Shown here: positions 41,408 to 48,618 of the stretch, one piece after another
Layout of the letters: each line of letters begins with the position of its first letter
Position numbering within the stretch: the first letter of the stretch is position 1
Virus record (IMG/VR): IMGVR_UViG_3300009528_000004
Reading direction: 5' to 3' (one strand)
DNA from: a virus
DNA: 50,885 nt
The notes under the pieces: model-generated
What the model saw: the letters and a program-made list of their open reading frames with translations, nothing else
What the model was told of the DNA's origin: nothing
Databases searched by the model: none
Made by a program: the position numbers and the translations under genes

Positions 41408-41436
41408 ATTATATACCAAATTGCGTAGTTTGTCAA
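41408..41436 (-). promoter_or_regulatory. Consensus sigma-70 promoter TTGACA-N17-TATAAT (minus strand)
   Basis: Reverse complement reads 'cTTGACAaactacgcaatttggtaTATAATc'. Lies between the integrase stop (41445) and the cassette start (41379). Confidence 0.7.
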
Positions 41437-41444
41437 GCCTTAGC

Positions 41445-42476
41445 TCAAAACTCCAACCTCTCGACCGCTCTCCTCAGATGGTCCTGGCTCAGGTGGGAGT
41501 ATATCATAGTAGTCGAAATATCTTGGTGGCCCAGAAGTTTTGATATACTAGCCAAGTCCACTCCTGCCATCACTAAGTGAGAAGCAAAGGTATGACGGAG
41601 AACATGGAGGGTTACATTGTCCAACTCTGCCCTTTTACATGCCTGCTTGAATCGCTCCCAGGTATGGGAATGCCTTATTTGTGAGCCAGTACTGGTTGTG
41701 AATACCCATATATCCTTCTTATATTCATTTTGCCTAATGTTCAGTATTTCTTGAACAGTTGCATTTATCGGTATTTTTCTCTCCCCACCTTTGGGAGACC
41801 AGTCTTTCTTAACCCTGATATGTATTCGCTCTTCATTCCAGTTTATATCTTCCCACTCCAGATTGCGCAACTCTCCCCACCTCATACCAGTATTGAGGAG
41901 AAACTTGACTATATCCAGCAGGTTGTGTTTGTTGTCGCATTTCTCTAGTAAGGCAGCTATTTCCTCTTTGGTGAGGTATCTTGGCGCTTTCCTGGCTGGC
42001 TTTCGTATCTTCTTGATGCTCTGGGTGGGATTTTCCTGGATATATTTCATCTCCATAGCATAACGGAAGAAGTGATGCAGACAGGTTAGCTCATAGTTGA
42101 CAGTTTGGGGTTTGACGAAATCTAGTCTATAAATCTTATATTGCTCGATTACGGGAGGACTGATCTGAGAGAGTTTATAGGGAGGATCCGGCAAAGTATC
42201 CAGAAAGTCCGACAGATGTCCGGTAATCTGGACATAGCGCTTTGTAGTCGAAGGCTTGGTATGAATCCGGATATAAGAGAGAAATTGCGGGATATATTCA
42301 GAGAGTTTTCTATCGATGATAGCAAGGCCGGCTCTTTGCTTAGCTATTTGAACTTCAATGTCTTTTTTGGCTAGCTCGGCGATTGCCTTGTAAGACCCGA
42401 TAGCTTTCTGAATGCGCTTCCTGTCTATAGTATAGGCAAGCCACCATTGTCGACCGCGCTTGTAAATTGTCGCCAT
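41445..42476 (-). CDS. int: Tyrosine integrase
   Basis: 'HVLRHTFASHLVMAGVDLASISKLLGHQDISTTMIYSH' with catalytic R...HxxR...Y. Arm-binding-type N-terminus 'IYKRGRQWWLAY'. Confidence 0.9.
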   Translation of the reverse strand: MATIYKRGRQWWLAYTIDRKRIQKAIGSYKAIAELAKKDIEVQIAKQRAGLAIIDRKLSEYIPQFLSYIRIHTKPSTTKRYVQITGHLSDFLDTLPDPPYKLSQISPPVIEQYKIYRLDFVKPQTVNYELTCLHHFFRYAMEMKYIQENPTQSIKKIRKPARKAPRYLTKEEIAALLEKCDNKHNLLDIVKFLLNTGMRWGELRNLEWEDINWNEERIHIRVKKDWSPKGGERKIPINATVQEILNIRQNEYKKDIWVFTTSTGSQIRHSHTWERFKQACKRAELDNVTLHVLRHTFASHLVMAGVDLASISKLLGHQDISTTMIYSHLSQDHLRRAVERLEF

Positions 42477-42753
42477 TACTACACTTTTACTATCTCTATT
42501 TTGAAACTAGCTCCTAAAGTATTGTTCTAATTAGGGGTAGCGGTGCAGGGATTCTTTACCACAGTAAGCCCCAGGACACGCTAAGAGAGTATTTCGACCT
42601 ATTCCTGCATACATTTCTCTTTGATTTCATAATCCTTTAATATAGCCATTTTTTGCCATCATTATCCATTGTTCTACTTCAATTATACTACCTGGCATTG
42701 CCCATTTTTTATCTACAAATAGTAGGTTGGCTTAAAAGTCTCCTGCGGCCTTT

Positions 42754-42996
42754 TTAGTCATCATTATTTTGAATACCAAGTTGGTCTTGCAGATCTTTAA
42801 ATAGTTTATATATAGGTTCCATCGAGTTTCTTAGTTCCAAAGTCAGCTTTTTCATCTTGTTAGTTATTGGTTGGGTTGATTTTGACAATTCTTTAATTAC
42901 TTTTCCTATTGGTTCCATTGTTTTAGCCATTGCTTGAAGATTTTTTCTCATCTCTTCGAAATTTTTCTCAAACTCATCAAATTGTCCACTATTCAT
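42754..42996 (-). CDS. Small coiled-coil protein (80 aa), third gene of the repressor operon
   Basis: 'aaggagg' RBS 24 nt after the upstream stop. Internal 'MEPIGKVIKEL' / 'MEPIYKLFKDL' repeat. Confidence 0.6.
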   Translation of the reverse strand: MNSGQFDEFEKNFEEMRKNLQAMAKTMEPIGKVIKELSKSTQPITNKMKKLTLELRNSMEPIYKLFKDLQDQLGIQNNDD

Positions 42997-43020
42997 ATTT
43001 TTTCCTCCTTAATATTGCTT

Positions 43021-43785
43021 TTACTCACTTTTCCTTGGGAAAGGCCAATCTTTTTCAAGACCCTCAGTCGAGATTTTTTTTAACTGTTCAAGAGTCAATT
43101 TATATTTCTCTGCCAACTTGTTCTCATTCTCATCAATCAGACGCCTCTGCATTTCAATCTCTTTTTCCCATTCTTCTGGATATCGCTTCTCAGCTTCTTT
43201 CATTGCTCGGTCCTCTATCAATATGAGTTCCTTCCAGATTTCGTTCCGCTTTTCTTCCGATAGACCAAATCGTTCTTCCGGCTCTGCACCAAGTTGTCCC
43301 AGTTGGCGCTCATTGATATTGATGGTAGGTTTCGTCTCAGCATGAGCCTTCTGCAGCATTGCTATCCATTGTGCCATACCTGTCTCAGCTCTTTCTTTCG
43401 AGGTATAGGCGTAGATGTAAATACTTGTGGGAGAATCATGGTACTTGAACCCTTTCCGCGCTTTAGTTGAAGAATAAAGTTGATTAAGCAAATCTTTCAA
43501 GCCGGCTTCGGAGATTTCGCCTGACACTAATACACTCAACGTAACTTGCGTCTTAATAGCCGCATCATAAACATCTTCATTCAAAATAGTATATTTCATA
43601 GTAACCCCTTTTCCGTTAATTCCTCCTAGTCCCCCTCCTATAAATAGAATTATGACAAAACCAAGAAGGCCGAAAGCCCAAGGCTTCTTTTTCTTTTTCC
43701 TTATCGCCTGTATTATTAGTACAATAATTGATACGAAGATACCTAAAAATCCAAGGAACATAAGACTAATAGCTAGAACTTCCAT
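43021..43785 (-). CDS. Two-TM membrane protein (254 aa), second gene of the repressor operon
   Basis: The start abuts the repressor stop codon (43787..43789) with one nucleotide between them. 'LAISLMFLGFLGIFVSIIVLII' and 'WAFGLLGFVIILFIGGGLGG' are followed by a 190-aa soluble domain. Confidence 0.7.
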   Translation of the reverse strand: MEVLAISLMFLGFLGIFVSIIVLIIQAIRKKKKKPWAFGLLGFVIILFIGGGLGGINGKGVTMKYTILNEDVYDAAIKTQVTLSVLVSGEISEAGLKDLLNQLYSSTKARKGFKYHDSPTSIYIYAYTSKERAETGMAQWIAMLQKAHAETKPTININERQLGQLGAEPEERFGLSEEKRNEIWKELILIEDRAMKEAEKRYPEEWEKEIEMQRRLIDENENKLAEKYKLTLEQLKKISTEGLEKDWPFPRKSE

Positions 43786-43786
43786 T

Positions 43787-44494
43787 TTACCTCCTCCTTA
43801 TTATCTCCTTTACTCTTCCTATTATTTTCGGCTTATCCTTAACTTCCCACACCACAGTCGGATAGGCAGGATTGTCAGGAGTCAAAATAATCTGGTCTTT
43901 GTGTACTACGACCCTTGTGACTTCCTTTTCTCCTTTGTTATTTATTACAATAGCCACATCTCCAGTCTCTACCTTATCATTAGGCGATATAAGCAAAAGG
44001 TCTCCCTCTATTATGTAAGGGCTCATACAGTCCCCTTTGGCTCTCAGGAAGAAAGCGTTGGGATCATCTACCTTGAACTCATAGTAATCCTCGGCTATGC
44101 CAGGGGGGTAGTCTTGATCACTATAATCTTTGGGGTTGCCTGCCGGGATTTCGGAGAGGATGGGGATAGGGTGGGTAGGCTTTTTGATTATATCGGGTCT
44201 CAGAAGTTCTGCCTTCACCAAGTGCTGTTTCGCCTTCCACTCCTCCCGGTCCCGTTGTCCTATTTTCCAAAGCTCATGGGGATCGGCCTTTAAAACTTTC
44301 CCGAGTAGCTTATATTTGGTGAAGTCTTGGAAGGGAGGCATATTCTCATTTTCTAGGCTGGACAGTTGCGAACGATGCAGACCCGTTTTATTAGCAAGGT
44401 CTGTTTGCGTCAAACCCAAGTTCTCTCTGAGAGCTTTTATCTTTTTTCCCAGTTCCATTTTGTTCGTCTCATCGTTCGTCTTGATGTTCGTCAT
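43787..44494 (-). CDS. CI/LexA-like repressor: XRE HTH plus S24 peptidase domain with Cys in the nucleophile position
   Basis: 'LRENLGLTQTDLANKTGLHRSQLSSLE' is the HTH. Also 'IPAGNP', 'KGDCMSP' (normally G-x-S-M) and the downstream Lys in 'VVVHKD'. Confidence 0.85.
   Translation of the reverse strand: MTNIKTNDETNKMELGKKIKALRENLGLTQTDLANKTGLHRSQLSSLENENMPPFQDFTKYKLLGKVLKADPHELWKIGQRDREEWKAKQHLVKAELLRPDIIKKPTHPIPILSEIPAGNPKDYSDQDYPPGIAEDYYEFKVDDPNAFFLRAKGDCMSPYIIEGDLLLISPNDKVETGDVAIVINNKGEKEVTRVVVHKDQIILTPDNPAYPTVVWEVKDKPKIIGRVKEIIRRR
44462..44491. repeat. GTTCGT-N6-GTTCGT-N6-GTTCGT (ACGAAC on the repressor strand), exact 12-bp phasing
   Basis: Hexamers at 44462..44467, 44474..44479 and 44486..44491, immediately inside the repressor start codon. 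Confidence 0.85.
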
Positions 44495-44498
44495 TTAT

Positions 44499-44527
44499 AT
44501 CTTACTAAATTTAGAGTCGGTTGTCAA
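44499..44527 (-). promoter_or_regulatory. PRM-like promoter TTGACA-N17-TAAGAT ending 4 nt before the repressor ATG
   Basis: Reverse complement of 44495..44530 reads 'cccTTGACAaccgactctaaatttagTAAGATataa', followed directly by the repressor ATG. No Shine-Dalgarno sequence is present. Confidence 0.55.
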
Positions 44528-44544
44528 GGGGAAAGATTGAGAAC

Positions 44545-44572
44545 TTGACATTTTATTTATATATTGTAAAAT
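44545..44572 (+). promoter_or_regulatory. Rightward promoter TTGACA-N16-TAAAAT
   Basis: Read directly. Lies in the divergent switch region. Confidence 0.5.
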
Positions 44573-44667
44573 GAGATAGATTGAAATAAATTAGCAGAAA
44601 GAAGCTTTTATGATAAGCTTTATCAAGTCAGCACCGAGTTACAAACACACTTTAAAAAGAAAGAGGC

Positions 44668-44695
44668 TTGACAAAAATTTAAATTAGTATATAAT
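44668..44695 (+). promoter_or_regulatory. PR-like promoter TTGACA-N16-TATAAT
   Basis: Exact consensus hexamers, 22 nt upstream of the cro-like ATG. Confidence 0.7.
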
Positions 44696-44716
44696 AACTA
44701 ATAACAGGAAACTAAA

Positions 44717-44923
44717 ATGAACCGACGAAAAGAAGTTAATCGCATACCTCATTACTTGAAAATCAGGGATATGACCGTTAAGGAGTTAGCCAGGGAACTC
44801 AGTGCAAGCCCTGAACAGACGGGGCGGTGGGTGCACCGGCGGGCCGATATCCAGTTTAATGTGCTCAAGAAGATAGCGGACATTTTCGATTGCCGGGTGG
44901 ATGACCTGCTGTCCTACGGGTAA
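44717..44923 (+). CDS. Cro-like XRE-family HTH regulator
   Basis: 'MTVKELARELSASPEQTGRWVHRR'. Divergent from the repressor. Confidence 0.75.
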   Translation: MNRRKEVNRIPHYLKIRDMTVKELARELSASPEQTGRWVHRRADIQFNVLKKIADIFDCRVDDLLSYG

Positions 44924-44973
44924 TTTTTTTTGATTAAAAGTGTTGTTAATAAATCATAACAGGAGCAATATAT

Positions 44974-45312
44974 ATGAAAAGACGCTACGATGAAACGAAC
45001 GGTGAGGTAGTCTTCGAGGATATATCCATGGCGGCGGCCCTGATGGGGGACTACTTCGACGAGCAAGGAAAAAAGCGAAAAGGGCTCAAGTTTCTGCGGA
45101 TCCAGGACACGCCCTTCCCCGACACAAAAGAAGTCGTTTTGAGGAAGGGAAAAGACTTCGAGGGGCTAGTGCAGCTATATTTCAACAAGAAGATCAGGAT
45201 AGAGCCGCATGAGTATCTCAACCGGATCGGCGAGCTGAAAGACCTGATCAAAGTCCGTATCAAGCAAACGGCCAGCCAGAGTCGCCATGTAATAGAGGAG
45301 CACGATGAATAA
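44974..45312 (+). CDS. Hypothetical early protein (112 aa)
   Basis: 'aggagc' RBS. Second gene of the rightward operon. Confidence 0.55.
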   Translation: MKRRYDETNGEVVFEDISMAAALMGDYFDEQGKKRKGLKFLRIQDTPFPDTKEVVLRKGKDFEGLVQLYFNKKIRIEPHEYLNRIGELKDLIKVRIKQTASQSRHVIEEHDE

Positions 45313-45523
45313 CGAAAGGAGTAAAGTTTTGAACGATAGCCTTCTCACCATCAAAGAGCTCTCCGAATGGCTAAACGTCTCAGAGTCCACCCTCAGGAAG
45401 TGGTGCTACCTGGAGATCATCCCCTTTTTCAACATCAGAAGGCATATCCGTTTCGACCGCCACAAGATTCTCAAATTCCTGGCTAACAATGAGATTAAGA
45501 CGAGGAGGAAGATAGAGGTATGA
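45305..45523 (+). CDS. Excisionase/MerR-type HTH DNA-binding protein
   Basis: 'LLTIKELSEWLNVSESTLRKWCYLEIIPFFNIRRHIRF' fits the excisionase-family HTH pattern. Confidence 0.65.
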   Translation: MNNERSKVLNDSLLTIKELSEWLNVSESTLRKWCYLEIIPFFNIRRHIRFDRHKILKFLANNEIKTRRKIEV

Positions 45524-45666
45524 GGGTGAAAATCTATACGCGAGCCGTAGAAGATATAAACGGTAGGGGCTTGCATACTGAGCTAGGTAGTATAACTCAT
45601 ATTCTTAATCGAAGCCCCTAAAACGGCCCCTATAAGCGTCAAATTTTTCAAACACAGGAGAAAAAG

Positions 45667-45762
45667 ATGAAATTACTCACCAAAGAGCCAAGAAAGAAGA
45701 TCTTACCGCTATATACCAATGAGAAAAAGAAACTAGATTATGGAAAACAGGAGGCAAGATAA
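45667..45762 (+). pseudogene. 31-aa ORF resembling only the N-terminal tip of DUF2958 proteins
   Basis: 'MKLLTKEPRKKILPLYTNE' matches the conserved start of DUF2958, but the ORF stops after 31 aa. 'aggag' RBS. Confidence 0.35.
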
Positions 45763-45983
45763 TGAAAAAAGCACTTAAGCGATCTGACCAAATCTTAAAA
45801 GTAATTCACCGACTACGAATGACAACAGGAGCTACTTGGCCCCAAGTCAAAGATTATCTACACCGCAGAGGTTACTGGCCACTTAGCCAGCGAAGCAATT
45901 TTGTCAAATTCGTTAATGACTCATTCGTAGTTTACTGGACAAGAAGAAAAGAAAGAGAGGTAAAAAATGAGTTATGTTTTTGA
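45762..45983 (+). CDS. Hypothetical protein (73 aa)
   Basis: TAATG coupling. No family recognised. Confidence 0.5.
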   Translation: MKKALKRSDQILKVIHRLRMTTGATWPQVKDYLHRRGYWPLSQRSNFVKFVNDSFVVYWTRRKEREVKNELCF

Positions 45984-46173
45984 TACCTTAGCAAGAGCAA
46001 TAAGGAAACTAGAACCAAGACTTACAGGAAGCGACAAAGAAATACTATCTCAAATTGGATGGGTATTAGAAGAAATCCATTCAAAAAATCACGACCTCAA
46101 AGATGTTATCAATCACGACTCTGATGTGACTCAAGCCGTTAATATATTAAAAGAAAGAATGGAGCAAAAATAG
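45967..46173 (+). CDS. Hypothetical protein (68 aa)
   Basis: Overlapping ORF in the operon. No family recognised. Confidence 0.5.
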   Translation: MSYVFDTLARAIRKLEPRLTGSDKEILSQIGWVLEEIHSKNHDLKDVINHDSDVTQAVNILKERMEQK

Positions 46174-46371
46174 ATGAAAAGAAAGGATTATGAGTTGGTA
46201 GCAAGGGGAGTTCGGGGACTCAGGGGCAAAGCACTACTTACGAGATGCTCTATTAGGCTCCTAGCGTGTGAGAATCTTGTAGCAGTGTTCAAAGAAGTAA
46301 ACGGTAACTTTAATGAGCAAGCTTTCAGGAAGGATTGCGGTATTGATCTTAAGAAGGGCAAAAATGGATAA
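46174..46371 (+). CDS. Hypothetical protein (65 aa)
   Basis: ATG directly follows the upstream stop. Confidence 0.5.
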   Translation: MKRKDYELVARGVRGLRGKALLTRCSIRLLACENLVAVFKEVNGNFNEQAFRKDCGIDLKKGKNG

Positions 46372-46636
46372 ACAAGTACTAGAAGAGCTGGTTGACCTAC
46401 GGATAAAGCTAACCGAATCAGAGAGCCAGGCGCTGAAAATTGCAGATCGCATCCAACTAGAGACTTACCATTGGGGACTTGTCCGTAAAGCCCGCTGGGA
46501 TATCCGGGAAGCCAACGCCAAGCTCTGCGAGCTAGCGAAACTATTAGGGCTAGACAAGCTGGATTTAGTCGAGCCGGAAAAGCTAGGAAATTGGGGGCAA
46601 GGTGAGCCAAAAAGGAGCAAAAGCAATGCAAAATGA
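46364..46636 (+). CDS. Hypothetical protein (about 90 aa)
   Basis: Start taken at ATG 46364 (ATGGATAA coupling) rather than the track start 46313. Confidence 0.5.
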   Translation: MDKQVLEELVDLRIKLTESESQALKIADRIQLETYHWGLVRKARWDIREANAKLCELAKLLGLDKLDLVEPEKLGNWGQGEPKRSKSNAK

Positions 46637-46778
46637 AGAGTTATGGCAACAACTAGAGAAGGATAACGGAGTAGAAAAAGAATCAACTTTAAGAGAGTGG
46701 GTAATTGGTCTGATAGCAAGCGGATTATACCTGCTGGCAAGCGGATGGCTGTATTTTGTCACGGTAATGGCGAGGTAG
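46626..46778 (+). CDS. Small membrane protein (50 aa)
   Basis: 'WVIGLIASGLYLLASGWLYFVTV'. Below the ORF-track cutoff. Confidence 0.45.
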   Translation: MQNEELWQQLEKDNGVEKESTLREWVIGLIASGLYLLASGWLYFVTVMAR

Positions 46779-46781
46779 AAA

Positions 46782-47030
46782 ATGGACAAACAGCACATTG
46801 AGAACATCCAGAACTTTATCAGTAGGAAGATCCAGAAGGCAAGGAATCAGGTTGACAATAACTGCCCAGAACTGGCACTTAAAACTTTAGGAGAAGTAGA
46901 GTTTTATACTCGGGCAAGTTTACAATTAGGGTTATTGTCTAGTAGTTACCAGGATTGGGAGACAGAAATAATTGGAAATATTCAGGATAAAATAGTCAGG
47001 TTAATAAAAATAGAAAGGAGAATAATATGA
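46782..47030 (+). CDS. Hypothetical protein (82 aa)
   Basis: ORF coupled to the next gene (ATGA). Confidence 0.5.
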   Translation: MDKQHIENIQNFISRKIQKARNQVDNNCPELALKTLGEVEFYTRASLQLGLLSSSYQDWETEIIGNIQDKIVRLIKIERRII

Positions 47031-48394
47031 GTATCATAGGGTTATCAGAGAAATTGAGGTTGCCGAGAAAAGGGAAGATCAGGCTCGGTGAAAAGAAGTT
47101 GAGCAAAAAGGGCAGGGAATATCCATCTACACTGGATTACTTTGCCGTACCGGAAGAGGTTACAGAGGTATACGGTGAGAAGCCCCGCAAGCTAGACATA
47201 ATGTTTCCGATGGAGAACAGAGATGATTTCTTCCCACAGTGGTATAAACGCTACGGAAGGTCGAAAGGACTAATCTGTAAGGGTGACGGAAAGACAGCAA
47301 CTGAGCTACCGCAAGGTACAGGAATTATGAAGGATGGTAAACTCGTAGATGAAAAAGGGCAACCGGTGGATCTTAACGATTTTCAGATGAAAGAAATAGA
47401 CTGCGAGGGCAAGGAGTGCCCCTACTATCAGGAGAGAGAATGTAAGCAAGTAGGAAACCTTCAGATTATCCTGCCGAAAGTCAAGGGACTAGGAATATAC
47501 CAGATAGATACATCTAGCTACAACAGCATAATCAACATCAATAGCGGTATAAAACTGATCAGGGGAATGCTCGAACGGGTAGGGATAAATAGAATCAGTT
47601 GGATCCCCCTTGTTTTAGAGGTTAAGATGCAGGAAGCTCATCCGGTTGTGAAGGGTAAGCGAATTTTGACTATCATCCCTGTAATGAGCGTTGATCTAGA
47701 GATGTCTGTTGAGTCAATGATGGCTATGCTGCAGAGATCGGCGCTACCTGCTCCCACAGCAGAAATAGATAATCCTAATCTACACGATAAGCCTGTATTA
47801 CTGTTTCCGAAGAAAGACGGCAGCATACCCACTGATGAGGGAGAGAAGGAAGCGAAAGAAAAGGCAGCTTTAGAGGAGAAAAAAAAGAAAGAAGATAAGA
47901 TAGCCTCAGAAAAGGATAAGGAAGTTATCAGTTCAGAATTCGCTAGTAAACTACTTAAAGAATGTAAAGAAAAAGGGATACTACCTTCTCAAGTAGAAAA
48001 AATGATGAAAGAGCAAACGGCTTTGGAGGAGAAAAAAGAGAGAGAGGATAAGGCAGCCATAGATAAAATAGGCGAAACAGAGGTCAAGGATGAATCGAAG
48101 GGTAAAGTTTCCTCAGAAGAAGAGGCCCAGGAAGATCAGGATAAACAGTCAGAGGAAGGAGAATCAGAAGGCAAGAAGGGGCGCAATCAGCTCAACATCA
48201 GATGGCACGTCCTTAAGAAGAAATGCCTGGAGATCGGGGTATTTGCAGATGAGGGAAGCTATAGAGACTGGATTAGAGAGGAATTCGGGGAAGGTATGGG
48301 ATCCTCAAAGGACCTTAATAACAAGAATATGATCTGGGGCATCGAAGTGATGGCCCAGAAACTTAAGGAGCATTCCAAGAAAGGAGAGGAGTAA
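47027..48394 (+). CDS. phiC31 gp3-like (RDF-like family) protein with K/E-rich low-complexity C-terminal half
   Basis: 'GKIRLGEKK...PSTLDYFAV...YGEKPRKLDIMFP...FFPQWYKRYGRSKGLICKGDG' parallels the conserved blocks I recall from gp3-type proteins. Recognition only. Confidence 0.45.
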   Translation: MSIIGLSEKLRLPRKGKIRLGEKKLSKKGREYPSTLDYFAVPEEVTEVYGEKPRKLDIMFPMENRDDFFPQWYKRYGRSKGLICKGDGKTATELPQGTGIMKDGKLVDEKGQPVDLNDFQMKEIDCEGKECPYYQERECKQVGNLQIILPKVKGLGIYQIDTSSYNSIININSGIKLIRGMLERVGINRISWIPLVLEVKMQEAHPVVKGKRILTIIPVMSVDLEMSVESMMAMLQRSALPAPTAEIDNPNLHDKPVLLFPKKDGSIPTDEGEKEAKEKAALEEKKKKEDKIASEKDKEVISSEFASKLLKECKEKGILPSQVEKMMKEQTALEEKKEREDKAAIDKIGETEVKDESKGKVSSEEEAQEDQDKQSEEGESEGKKGRNQLNIRWHVLKKKCLEIGVFADEGSYRDWIREEFGEGMGSSKDLNNKNMIWGIEVMAQKLKEHSKKGEE

Positions 48395-48438
48395 TATACT
48401 GAAAACCTATAATTCTCAGAAAGAGAGAGGAGAAGTAG

Positions 48439-48618
48439 ATGTTAGATAAATATGTTAAGAATAGCGAAGTTAAGCATTTTGACCAGGAGAAAGGGATTGT
48501 GATAGTGGAATTAACGATAGATATGAAAGGCTTAGTACAGGGTGTTTTGGATTCCTTCAAGATTTCCCTGGGGATGATTGAGCAAATGGTAAGAAGTGAG
48601 AAGGAGCAATCCAAATGA
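48439..48618 (+). CDS. Hypothetical protein (59 aa)
   Basis: 'gagaggagaag' RBS. ATGA coupling to the exonuclease gene. Confidence 0.45.
   Translation: MLDKYVKNSEVKHFDQEKGIVIVELTIDMKGLVQGVLDSFKISLGMIEQMVRSEKEQSK

Noticed and set aside
41077-44540. Plus-strand ORFs inside the minus-strand lysogeny block (41077..41580, 41730..42374 fragments, 43652..44293, 44130..44540).
   Set aside because: They overlap confidently assigned minus-strand genes (integrase, membrane protein, repressor), lack RBSs, and give low-complexity or hydrophobic translations.
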